DNA of 64,000 nt from a virus: the IMG/VR virus record IMGVR_UViG_3300008266_000002, one strand, 5' to 3'. The notes under the pieces are model-generated. The model saw only the letters and a list, made by a program, of their open reading frames with translations, did no database searches and was not told where the DNA came from. Shown in pieces: positions 10,393-18,388 of this stretch. The translations under genes and the position numbers were made by a program. Positions within the stretch are counted from its first letter, which is position 1. Every line of letters begins with the position of its first letter.

Positions 10393-10626
10393 ATGTACAC
10401 TTCAATCGGTCAAGCACTTAAAGCCCTTAGTTACGGAACCTTTGTTAATGAGTCAGGTGAGTATTGCAGAATATCAAGATACTATCTCAAAAACACTCTC
10501 AGATTCCAAATTGTTTTTAGCGAGAATAATAGCATTACTGCTACTAGACCTGCCATCAACACCGTGTCCGAGAGTAAAGTTCTGAAAATATTAAATTCCG
10601 AAAATTTTAAAAATATTTGTGCTTAA
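10393..10626 (+). CDS. hypothetical early protein
   Basis: Has its own promoter at 10317. Confidence 0.6.
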   Translation: MYTSIGQALKALSYGTFVNESGEYCRISRYYLKNTLRFQIVFSENNSITATRPAINTVSESKVLKILNSENFKNICA

Positions 10627-10684
10627 CCGTTGCTAGTCTGGATCCGAGTCGTGATCTTTAGGTATAATCAAAAATAGATACATT

Positions 10685-10846
10685 ATGAAAATTTTAAAAA
10701 CAAATTCTCGTATTGACAATTCAAAAGGATATCTAATTACAAAAAAGGAATATTCTGTTTCAATTGTAAAAATGTTAAAATTCAATTTTGCGTTAATTAA
10801 AATTGGAAATCAAATTTTTACAACCGATTTAGCAAATTTAAAATAA
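10685..10846 (+). CDS. small hypothetical early protein (53 aa)
   Basis: ATG directly after the promoter at 10629; MKILKTNSRIDNSKG...NLK*. Not in the ORF track. Confidence 0.5.
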   Translation: MKILKTNSRIDNSKGYLITKKEYSVSIVKMLKFNFALIKIGNQIFTTDLANLK

Positions 10847-10872
10847 TAATCATAATCAAAAATAGAACAGTT

Positions 10873-11091
10873 ATGAATAATCCAAGTAAAATTCAAGATC
10901 TTAAATCAGTTATCGGTAAAAGAGTTTCACAGAATCAATCTCCTACTGGTACTGCCAAGTTAATTAAGATTAAAGGTGCCTACTGTATCTTTGAAAGTCT
11001 TCAAAGTGAGTACATTAAGAAGCCTAAGTCTATGGTTGGTGTTAAATATAATGTCCCAACTGCGTATGCCTGGAATGCTTACTTTTTTTAA
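10873..11091 (+). CDS. hypothetical early protein
   Basis: Preceded by a leader copy ATAATCAAAAATAGAACAGTT. Confidence 0.6.
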   Translation: MNNPSKIQDLKSVIGKRVSQNQSPTGTAKLIKIKGAYCIFESLQSEYIKKPKSMVGVKYNVPTAYAWNAYFF

Positions 11092-11164
11092 AAATATTTC
11101 CTCAAACAGTTGTCTAGGAAGAAAATTAGTACTATCTTTCATAATAATTCAAAAACACACACAC

Positions 11165-11398
11165 ATGCGAAACGCAATCTTCACCGTTACTTGTCCGAAA
11201 TCTAATGAGGTCGTTAAACAATACGAACTCGAATATGAAACCCTTCAAGGACTAGAAGCCGACTTCTTGGAAAGTCGTCAGGTTTGGTCTGAGTATATGG
11301 TGACTGTTGACGCTGATGAGTGTCATCTTTCTGCTCCTCTCACTTGGAGAGAAGAGGTATGCATTGGTCAGGTGGCGGAATTGGTAGACGCTAAGTAA
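11165..11398 (+). CDS. hypothetical early protein; 3' end overlaps a tRNA-like element
   Basis: ATG after the promoter at 11109 and an ACACACACAC leader. Confidence 0.55.
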   Translation: MRNAIFTVTCPKSNEVVKQYELEYETLQGLEADFLESRQVWSEYMVTVDADECHLSAPLTWREEVCIGQVAELVDAK

Positions 11399-11478
11399 AT
11401 GGGACAAGAAGAAGTTGCTGGAGGACATTCCCAAGTCAAGCAACATTATTCATATGGGTTCGAATCCCATCCTGACTA
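11366..11478 (+). ncRNA. tRNA-like RNA with an ~60-nt structured insert in place of the anticodon/variable arms
   Basis: Acceptor GGTCAGG/CCTGACT+A, D-arm GCG-GAATTGGTAGA-CGC and T-arm ATGGG-TTCGAAT-CCCAT are present; there is no canonical anticodon arm. Confidence 0.7.
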
Positions 11479-11570
11479 CAAGGAGTTCCAATCTCAAGTG
11501 CTGATTAGTTTAAAGACTGTTCGATGAGCCCATCAAAATTGGTGACATCTTGGAAAGACAAGAGCTTTAA

Positions 11571-11641
11571 TGACTTATGGTGTAATGGTAGCACTACAGA
11601 TTTTGATTCTGTCTGTCTTGGTTCGAATCCAGGTAGGTCAA
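11571..11641 (+). tRNA. tRNA-Gln(TTG)
   Basis: Full cloverleaf: TGACTTA/TAGGTCA, ACAGA-TTTTGAT-TCTGT, CTTGG-TTCGAAT-CCAGG. CCA not encoded. Confidence 0.92.
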
Positions 11642-11655
11642 CAAAAACAACAACA

Positions 11656-11973
11656 ATGGACAAAGTAATCAAAGACGGTAAAGTAGCAGTAATCATATCA
11701 ACTAACTGGGGATCTGGTTGGTCAAGTTGGAATCCACAATATCCACAATTACTATTTGAACCAAAGATAGTGCAGATGATATTGGATGATAAACGAGAAG
11801 AGATCACACAGCAATGGTTAATTGATAACTTGGGACTACCTGATGTTTGGATACCTTCACCTGATACCTTAAAGATAGTATGGGTACCACAAGGATCTAG
11901 ATTCTTGATAGACGAGTACGATGGGTCAGAGACACTAATATTGGAGGAAGACTTAAATTTGCATACAGCTTAA
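11656..11973 (+). CDS. hypothetical phage protein
   Basis: GKVAVIIS..WGSGWSSWN...IDEYDGSE. Start set at the ATG after tRNA-Gln. Confidence 0.7.
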   Translation: MDKVIKDGKVAVIISTNWGSGWSSWNPQYPQLLFEPKIVQMILDDKREEITQQWLIDNLGLPDVWIPSPDTLKIVWVPQGSRFLIDEYDGSETLILEEDLNLHTA

Positions 11974-12044
11974 AAAAAATAGGCTAAAGTGTTGCTTATT
12001 GTTAAAAAAGGGTGATCTTTAGATATAATCAAACATACACAGTT

Positions 12045-12626
12045 ATGACACACGAAATTATTAAAACAGATGATTATCTACTTGTTGTAGATGATTCAGA
12101 AATTAAAGAAGGTGATTACCGAATGAACATTCAAAGAGGTTATGTAAAATTAGTTGATGATGCACCTGAATACTATAACCAAAGGAACGATGTTTTTAAG
12201 AGGGTAATTGCTCACCTACCACTCAACAACTCACCAATTTTAGAGGGTATAGATTTATTACCACCACTTGAACAAGAAGATGATGTTGAGAAGATGGCAG
12301 AAGAAGAAGCAAAGAAGTTGCACGATAAAGGCAAACACGAAGACTATGATATATACAATCAACTTGTTTATGAAGATAAAGAGATGATTAAAATTGGCTA
12401 CAACAAAGCCAAAGAGAAGTACAGATGGTCTGATAAAGATGTAATAAGAATAGTAGAAAAAAGTAGAGAGACAGGACTTACTGCTGAATACCTCCTATTA
12501 TCATTATCACAACCAAAATATCCTATTGCTTTTGAACAAGGAAACGCAGTTAATGATAAAACTTACACATCAGTAATAAGAAGAACTGATGGTTTTACTT
12601 TGTGGATCGGAAAATACATTTACTAA
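12045..12626 (+). CDS. hypothetical protein
   Basis: ATG after the promoter at 11991. Confidence 0.65.
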   Translation: MTHEIIKTDDYLLVVDDSEIKEGDYRMNIQRGYVKLVDDAPEYYNQRNDVFKRVIAHLPLNNSPILEGIDLLPPLEQEDDVEKMAEEEAKKLHDKGKHEDYDIYNQLVYEDKEMIKIGYNKAKEKYRWSDKDVIRIVEKSRETGLTAEYLLLSLSQPKYPIAFEQGNAVNDKTYTSVIRRTDGFTLWIGKYIY

Positions 12627-12627
12627 T

Positions 12628-12840
12628 ATGGAAAAACAACAAACACCAGTACAGTGGCTGTTTAATCAAATGGAACAAATGCAGTATTATATTGGCAATG
12701 ATCTCTATGCAGCATACAAAGAGGCTCTAGAAATAGAAAGGAACTCAATACAAAGTGCATACAATCAAGGTGAATTTGATTGTGGTTGTAATGGTACAGC
12801 AGAGGACTATTACAATAAAACCTATAATGAAAAACTATGA
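12628..12840 (+). CDS. hypothetical phage protein (TPVQWL...AEDYY type)
   Basis: Packed ORF, ATG at 12628. Confidence 0.65.
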   Translation: MEKQQTPVQWLFNQMEQMQYYIGNDLYAAYKEALEIERNSIQSAYNQGEFDCGCNGTAEDYYNKTYNEKL

Positions 12841-13052
12841 ATGAAGAGGATGTAGTTTTATTACAAACTTATATGATTGGTTTCTCTGATGAATTGAAAG
12901 GTGAAACAAGGGAATTCCAAGACCCAATTTTAATGAGAGCGTATGAGTTGGGAAAAGTTGATGCCTTTGTTGGTGATGATGTTAGAAGCGTAGATTATCA
13001 ATCTGATGAACATTTATTAAAACGAATTAAAAATTTGAATATTTATATATAG
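12837..13052 (+). CDS. hypothetical protein
   Basis: ATGA-coupled ORF. Confidence 0.6.
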   Translation: MNEEDVVLLQTYMIGFSDELKGETREFQDPILMRAYELGKVDAFVGDDVRSVDYQSDEHLLKRIKNLNIYI

Positions 13053-13072
13053 AATAAAAACTATTTAAGAAT

Positions 13073-13552
13073 ATGGAACTAAGAAAATTTATAAAGACCA
13101 CCATACGTGAATATTTGAATGAAAATATTCAAAATAATAAAAACATCAAAACAATAAATTTTGATGAATTATATCATGGAACAACAATGGATAGGTTTGA
13201 AGGTATATCAAAAAACGGATTTTCAATCGAAAAACAAGGTGAAAAAAGTGGTCATGGTAGTGTTCTTGGTGTGTCAATGACAGCCAATATAGAAATTGCA
13301 AAAGAACATGCAGAATGGGCGGTGGAAAAGTTTGGGGGTGAAGAATATATTGTAACTATTAATTCTAAATCATTAAAAATATTGAGTGGTAGTGATTTTG
13401 CACGTATAGATAATGACTACAATAAAGCGTTTATTTTATATAAAAATAGATTAATTGATGGTGTAGAGTTATGTGATATGGAAACTGGTGATGGATGTGA
13501 AGAATTTGAGGTTTTTGTATTTAATATTAATAAATTAAATCAATTACTTTAA
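13073..13552 (+). CDS. putative ADP-ribosyltransferase-fold protein with N-terminal leader
   Basis: Leader MELRKFIKTTIREYLNE; LYHGT...GVSMT...A..HA...EEFEVFVF pattern. Confidence 0.5.
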   Translation: MELRKFIKTTIREYLNENIQNNKNIKTINFDELYHGTTMDRFEGISKNGFSIEKQGEKSGHGSVLGVSMTANIEIAKEHAEWAVEKFGGEEYIVTINSKSLKILSGSDFARIDNDYNKAFILYKNRLIDGVELCDMETGDGCEEFEVFVFNINKLNQLL

Positions 13553-13717
13553 TTGTGTGGTGAAAAAATAAAACATAAAAATTATAACCACGAAACTTAA
13601 TACGAAGCGATAACGTAGCATTGCATATAACGTCCGATGATAAACAATCGTTTTAATGTTGTTTATCATTTGTTATATTTAGTTGAAAAATCATTTTACA
13701 AAAAAAAGAATAAAAAT

Positions 13718-13924
13718 ATGGAAAACAAAATTGAGTGGGGAAAATTAGGACCACATTACAAAAGAAAGTTTATGATTCCTGTTGGTCGTAGGAAGAGATG
13801 GTGGGAATTTTGGAAGAAGGATGAAAGTAAAAAGGCGATAGAAAAACTTATGTCTCAATATAAACAGGAATTAATATTGGGTGAGGATGGTGATATTTTT
13901 ATTCCATCAAATGACTCAAAATGA
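13718..13924 (+). CDS. cassette 1 hypothetical protein
   Basis: MENKIEWGK... with KRWWEFWKK; the stop lies inside the terminal inverted repeat. Confidence 0.6.
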   Translation: MENKIEWGKLGPHYKRKFMIPVGRRKRWWEFWKKDESKKAIEKLMSQYKQELILGEDGDIFIPSNDSK

Positions 13925-14054
13925 TTTTTTTCAATTGAATATAACGTTGAGCGTATGTGCTGTGCAGCCTTGCACGTACTTTCAACTTACAAAACAGTTT
14001 ATTGGCTGCATAGCATATACGCATTATTGTGCGTAGTGCTTTAATAATTAAACA

Positions 14055-14240
14055 ATGAGAACACCAGACGAAATAATTGACGAAATAATGAAACTGGCAA
14101 TCGAAATTGATGCACTAAAAAAAATACATTCAGAATTGCATTCAGTTGACGATTCAGAAGAATGGGAACAATCGTTTTTAACTTTATCTGTTAAAAATTC
14201 AAGATTAGATGCATTAAGGTGGGTAATGTCTTTTTCTTAG
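14055..14240 (+). CDS. cassette 2 hypothetical protein
   Basis: MRTPDEI...LRWVM; the stop overlaps the inverted repeat. Confidence 0.6.
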   Translation: MRTPDEIIDEIMKLAIEIDALKKIHSELHSVDDSEEWEQSFLTLSVKNSRLDALRWVMSFS

Positions 14241-14324
14241 CATTACGCACAACGTTTTCGGGCTTTGTGTCCGTGCCGTAATAGAAGTAGAAAAGTTCAA
14301 TTAATAACTAAAATTAAATAAAAG

Positions 14325-14666
14325 ATGAAAAGCTCAATTAAAGAACTAAAGCAGGCATGGCACAAAACCCGTGTTATGTGCAGCCTTTTTTACAAAAATG
14401 TTAAGAAAGACGTAAACGAAAGACGAGTTAAGTATTGGTTTCAACAATATTTTGAAGACAATGATTTGCACTCTGGAATATGGCAATTACACCATATCGG
14501 AGTTGTAACAAGTAAAACAGATATTGTTGTAACCATTACACTTGGAAGACCAGGATTATTGATTGGTAAAGGTGGACGAACTATTGACGAAATAACTAAA
14601 CGTCTTTCTGATTGGTTAGAAAAACCTGTCAAAATTAAGATAAATGAGTATAGTGTGTGGTCGTAA
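14325..14666 (+). CDS. cassette 3 KH-domain protein (ribosomal S3-like type II KH)
   Basis: ITLGRPGLLIGKGGRTIDEI...KPVKIKINE with a GxxG loop. Confidence 0.75.
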   Translation: MKSSIKELKQAWHKTRVMCSLFYKNVKKDVNERRVKYWFQQYFEDNDLHSGIWQLHHIGVVTSKTDIVVTITLGRPGLLIGKGGRTIDEITKRLSDWLEKPVKIKINEYSVWS

Positions 14667-14721
14667 GGTTGCACATAACGGTTCTCAGATATACGCAGTT
14701 CTAACGCAAAATTAAATAGAT

Positions 14722-14907
14722 ATGAAAAACTTAAATAATACAGACAAAACTTCGGACAACGCAGAAAAAGAATTGCGTATATCTGATGTTAGCGGACAGT
14801 TAGTTGATTTTCTAACTTGGTATATACACGAATCAGAATTTAGTAAAGATACTTATAGTATTAAATTAATTGTTGATGAATATTTAAAATCAACTAATTT
14901 ACGCTAA
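14722..14907 (+). CDS. cassette 4 hypothetical protein (start codon in the upstream hairpin loop)
   Basis: ...KELRISD|VSGQ... reads through the GTT junction; the stop is the TAA of TAAC. Confidence 0.55.
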   Translation: MKNLNNTDKTSDNAEKELRISDVSGQLVDFLTWYIHESEFSKDTYSIKLIVDEYLKSTNLR

Positions 14908-14944
14908 CTAGGATATACACACCACTCTATAACAACAAAAACAA

Positions 14945-15301
14945 ATGGAAATAAGAAGCATCACATACTCACAAGTGCAAGAGGAATTTAGTCATATCAA
15001 ACCAGACTTACTAGATACACAAGCCGTTTACTTTGGATGCTTTATAGATAATGAACTTGCTGGGATCGTATCATATGTAGAACACCCACACGTCATATAC
15101 CTTTGTCATGCATATGTGAAATCACAATACCGAAATGCAGGGATATATAAAATGCTATGGAATTACAGGGACATTCATATTAAAGATAGTAACAAACAAA
15201 CATATGCCCATTGCAATGTAGATAGCTTAAAGCACTTTATTAACAATGGGTATAGTATAGAAAAGGCCCTCTTTAAAGTAGTAAAGCACTCCTCCCAATA
15301 A
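14945..15301 (+). CDS. GNAT-family acetyltransferase
   Basis: Motif A: YVKSQYRNAGIYKML; N..S.K.F...GY. Confidence 0.75.
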   Translation: MEIRSITYSQVQEEFSHIKPDLLDTQAVYFGCFIDNELAGIVSYVEHPHVIYLCHAYVKSQYRNAGIYKMLWNYRDIHIKDSNKQTYAHCNVDSLKHFINNGYSIEKALFKVVKHSSQ

Positions 15302-15442
15302 TAACATAATAACCCAGTATAACACCCAGTATAGTAGAGGGGGGTCAATAAGGATAAACACTGCGTAATAGAATATCACTAATTAGCTTAGCGGTATATT
15401 TATAAGAGAAATGCATAACGGCTAAAAAAAGAACAACAGTAA

Positions 15443-15781
15443 ATGAAATCACAAACAACATCCAAAAGTAAACTGGCTGAGCTTCGAAAAATAATCAGGG
15501 AGCATGTACGTAAGGTAATACTCAAAGAGCAGGGATCTCTGTACCAAGAAAATAATCAAGAGGATATTATAGACTACTATAAGTCAAGAAACATCATATC
15601 GGTTGGCATGAAAACTAATTTACTATCTAACATGAAGAGTAGATATGATTTTAAGGTCAATGGTGATGAGATCTACTTTTTTGATAAGGGATTCCACTTC
15701 GCAACATTATTCAAAGAAGGTAGCTTTTATGAATTGAAGCATGATGGGACATTAGACCAGTATGGATGGAGAAAGCCTTAA
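15443..15781 (+). CDS. hypothetical protein with N-terminal LRKIIRE leader
   Basis: TATTTAT at 15397; LAELRKIIREHVRKVILKE. Confidence 0.6.
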   Translation: MKSQTTSKSKLAELRKIIREHVRKVILKEQGSLYQENNQEDIIDYYKSRNIISVGMKTNLLSNMKSRYDFKVNGDEIYFFDKGFHFATLFKEGSFYELKHDGTLDQYGWRKP

Positions 15782-15813
15782 AGAGTACTTTTTATAATAG
15801 TATAAACAAACAA

Positions 15814-15843
15814 GGGAGTAACAACAAACATTACTCCCTTTTT
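15814..15843 (+). terminator. intrinsic terminator
   Basis: GGGAGTAA...TTACTCCC followed by TTTTT. Confidence 0.65.
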
Positions 15844-16022
15844 CTATGCCCCTATAGTGTAACAATAGCCCATAGTATATACGATAGTACTCAGTATAGT
15901 ATACAGTATAGTAGACGGGGTAATTGGGGTAGATATAAGATAGACACTTTTATAGCAGGTTACTTAGGTCGTATAAAATAGACATTATGTGGGGAGGTCC
16001 GGAAATGTCTATCTTAGAAAAT

Positions 16023-16067
16023 TCGCGTTTTGATACACAAACACATCGAGACGCGAAATTTTTTTTG
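16023..16067 (+). terminator. intrinsic terminator
   Basis: TTCGCGTTTTGAT...ATCGAGACGCGAA followed by a T-run. Confidence 0.65.
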
Positions 16068-16199
16068 TATAGGAATCAACACTTTTTGTCGATCGTCTAC
16101 CCCCCGCTATCCACACAATCAATACAAAAAATATTATAAAACCGTTGCCTACCCGGATCAAAGGCCGGACCTTTAGGTATAATCAAAAATGAAACAGTT

Positions 16200-16451
16200 A
16201 TGAATATTAGAACATTTGATCGCCAAGCCCTAATGAGTGACAATACTAGAGAAGAGATCCTTGATATTATTTTTGAATTACAGATCCTTGACAACTGTAG
16301 ACCTAATGCCTTGATCAATATGATGTACGGGTTGTTTGATGGGTTTGACTATAGTGAGATGATTAGTAATCATTCCATCCTCGATGAGTTAGAAAGTGAG
16401 TTGGTTGATAGGATTGTTACTGTTGCTGAGACTATCCAAAAATATTTTTAA
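16200..16451 (+). CDS. hypothetical early protein
   Basis: Own promoter at 16144. Confidence 0.65.
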   Translation: MNIRTFDRQALMSDNTREEILDIIFELQILDNCRPNALINMMYGLFDGFDYSEMISNHSILDELESELVDRIVTVAETIQKYF

Positions 16452-16525
16452 AATAATTTTCCCAAACTGTTGCCTAGTGTTTAAAAAGGCGGATCTTTAG
16501 ATATAACAATTAAACAACATAAATT

Positions 16526-16741
16526 ATGAAAAACATTGAAGTAGGTTCCATCGTTAGATATGAAAATGGTTATTACAGAGTAAGTGCCGATAAAGGGTAC
16601 GGTGACAAGAGATGGGTTAACTTGAAGGCTGTATTTGGTAGTAAGATATACCACAAACAAGTTCCTGCCAGCCAGGTAGTTGAAGCTCAAGAAGAATGGT
16701 ATGCTAGTTGGACTAGATCAGAGTCTTACATGTGCATGTAA
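16526..16741 (+). CDS. hypothetical early protein
   Basis: Own promoter at 16469. Confidence 0.65.
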   Translation: MKNIEVGSIVRYENGYYRVSADKGYGDKRWVNLKAVFGSKIYHKQVPASQVVEAQEEWYASWTRSESYMCM

Positions 16742-16829
16742 AAATAATTTAAAAAAAATCCGGTTAACTGTTGCCAGTCTGGATAATGTACCCGATCTTT
16801 AGATATAATCAATTAAAAACGATAACATC

Positions 16830-17030
16830 ATGAAACAGTTAGTTAATAAAGCCCAGAAAGTATTTGATCAGTGTATTATGAATCTAAGACTGCAGGGTAA
16901 AAGTCACAAAGAAGCTCAGGACACTGTACTAGTGATTGTTAGTGAGTTCAAGAAGCCTAACATGTCTAAAGAGGACCTTGTTGATATGATCCTTACCCTT
17001 GAGATGACTTTCCTCGGAAAAAAGTTTTAA
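16830..17030 (+). CDS. hypothetical early protein
   Basis: Own promoter at 16770. Confidence 0.65.
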   Translation: MKQLVNKAQKVFDQCIMNLRLQGKSHKEAQDTVLVIVSEFKKPNMSKEDLVDMILTLEMTFLGKKF

Positions 17031-17116
17031 AAAAAAATCCGGTTAACTGTTGCCTACCGGTAAAAAAGGGTGATCTTTAAGTATAGGAAAAAAGGAAACG
17101 AGTTCTTTAATAATAC

Positions 17117-17186
17117 AGTCAGGTGGTGTAATTGGTAACATAGGTCTTAATTGGCTTGGATGCAGGTTCGAATCCTGTCCTGACTA
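17117..17186 (+). tRNA. atypical tRNA / pseudo-tRNA (anticodon undetermined)
   Basis: AGTCAGG/CCTGACT+A, D-arm GTGT/ACAT and T-arm GCAGG-TTCGAAT-CCTGT. The anticodon arm AGGTC-TTAATT-GGCTT is weak and has a 6-nt loop. Confidence 0.65.
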
Positions 17187-17227
17187 CAAAATTAACAATA
17201 TTCACACACACAATAAAATTTAAGTCT

Positions 17228-18388
17228 ATGTCAAACGTTATTATTGCTAAAGTACAAATGGGCGCTAATGCCAAAGGTGGTCAATCTGTTAGAGCTTATG
17301 AAGCTGTTACTGGAATGGACATCACAAAAGAGATAGTTTATGCCACTTTGAAGAACGCCTACGATGCTGGTAATTGGTTAGAAAACTCTGCTGGTAAGTG
17401 GAAGCAAGTAAGTATTGCTGATGCAGAGCGCTTCTTGAAAGACCTTGAGAATCCCGTCAAATCTTCCGTCTCACAAGAGAAAAATGAAATGGCGATGTTT
17501 CTATCCACTTGCTCTGAGAAACGCCCAGAGAGCTTATTCTGTGAAGATTTAACTTGGAAATTCTTATGCCGCTCAGTGATGAGAGGTAAGAACATATTGC
17601 TTACAGGTCCTACTGGTTGTGGTAAATCACAGACTGCCATTGCGGTAGCAAAGGCCTTAGATAAACCCTTCTTCTATGTTAACTTGGGTGCTACTCAGGA
17701 TCCAAGAGGTACTCTAATTGGTAATACTCACTTCAGTAAAGATGCTGGTACTTACTTCAACGAGTCTGCCTTTGTTAAGGCAATACAAACCCCTGACACT
17801 GTGATACTTCTAGACGAGGTGTCAAGAGCACATCCAGAGGCTTGGAACATTCTTATGACAGTACTTGATCCAGGTCAAAGATACTTGAGATTAGATGAGG
17901 CTGTTAACACTCCTACAGTAAAGGTAGCAGAAGGTGTAAGCTTCATTGGTACTGCAAACATCGGTAACGAGTATACTGCAGTAAGAGTAATGGACAGAGC
18001 GTTACTTGATAGGTTTGTAATCGCAGAGATTCCTTACTTGACTATCGCTCAAGAGACCCAGTTAATCAGTCAGTTATACCCTACCTTGGATGTCACTCTT
18101 GCTAAGAATCTTGCAGAGATTGCTACTCTTACTAGAGCTGAGGTGAAGTCTGACAGTGCTAGAATACAGACTCCAATCTCCACAAGATCGATAGTAGAGA
18201 TGGCTGGTTTGATTAACGATGGCTTCTCCCTTACAGAATGTGCCGAGGTTAGTATCTACCCACTATACTCTCAGGATGGTGGTCTACAATCAGAAAGGAC
18301 CTTTGTAAAGCAATTGGTACAGAAGTTTGTTCCAGATGGAACTAGTGATAGCTTGATGGGTGATGAGAGTGTTGAGAATCCTTTCTAA
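17228..18388 (+). CDS. MoxR/CbbQ/NorQ-type AAA+ ATPase
   Basis: Walker A GPTGCGKS, Walker B ILLDEVSR, TANIG, DRALLDRF, STR. ATG at 17228. Confidence 0.92.
   Translation: MSNVIIAKVQMGANAKGGQSVRAYEAVTGMDITKEIVYATLKNAYDAGNWLENSAGKWKQVSIADAERFLKDLENPVKSSVSQEKNEMAMFLSTCSEKRPESLFCEDLTWKFLCRSVMRGKNILLTGPTGCGKSQTAIAVAKALDKPFFYVNLGATQDPRGTLIGNTHFSKDAGTYFNESAFVKAIQTPDTVILLDEVSRAHPEAWNILMTVLDPGQRYLRLDEAVNTPTVKVAEGVSFIGTANIGNEYTAVRVMDRALLDRFVIAEIPYLTIAQETQLISQLYPTLDVTLAKNLAEIATLTRAEVKSDSARIQTPISTRSIVEMAGLINDGFSLTECAEVSIYPLYSQDGGLQSERTFVKQLVQKFVPDGTSDSLMGDESVENPF

Larger units (their letters stand above)
13618..14908 (+). mobile_element. integron-like gene cassette array (4 cassettes, attC-like hairpins, no integrase in the window)
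   Basis: Hairpins bounded by AAC...GTT at 13628-13675, 13942-14029, 14250-14376 and 14676-14791. Each cassette's first 15-25 nt are the reverse complement of its own last 15-27 nt. Confidence 0.75.

Noticed and set aside
11524-11655. N-terminal extension of ORF 11524..11973 (likewise 17156, 10976, 1151, 3861)
   Set aside because: The extensions run through tRNAs or promoters; downstream ATGs with A-rich leaders are more plausible.
15766-15981. 71-aa ORF
   Set aside because: It spans a terminator and low-complexity repeats, so it is likely non-coding.
17117-17186. Suppressor tRNA or genetic code reassignment
   Set aside because: The anticodon cannot be assigned, and long genes translate intact with code 11.
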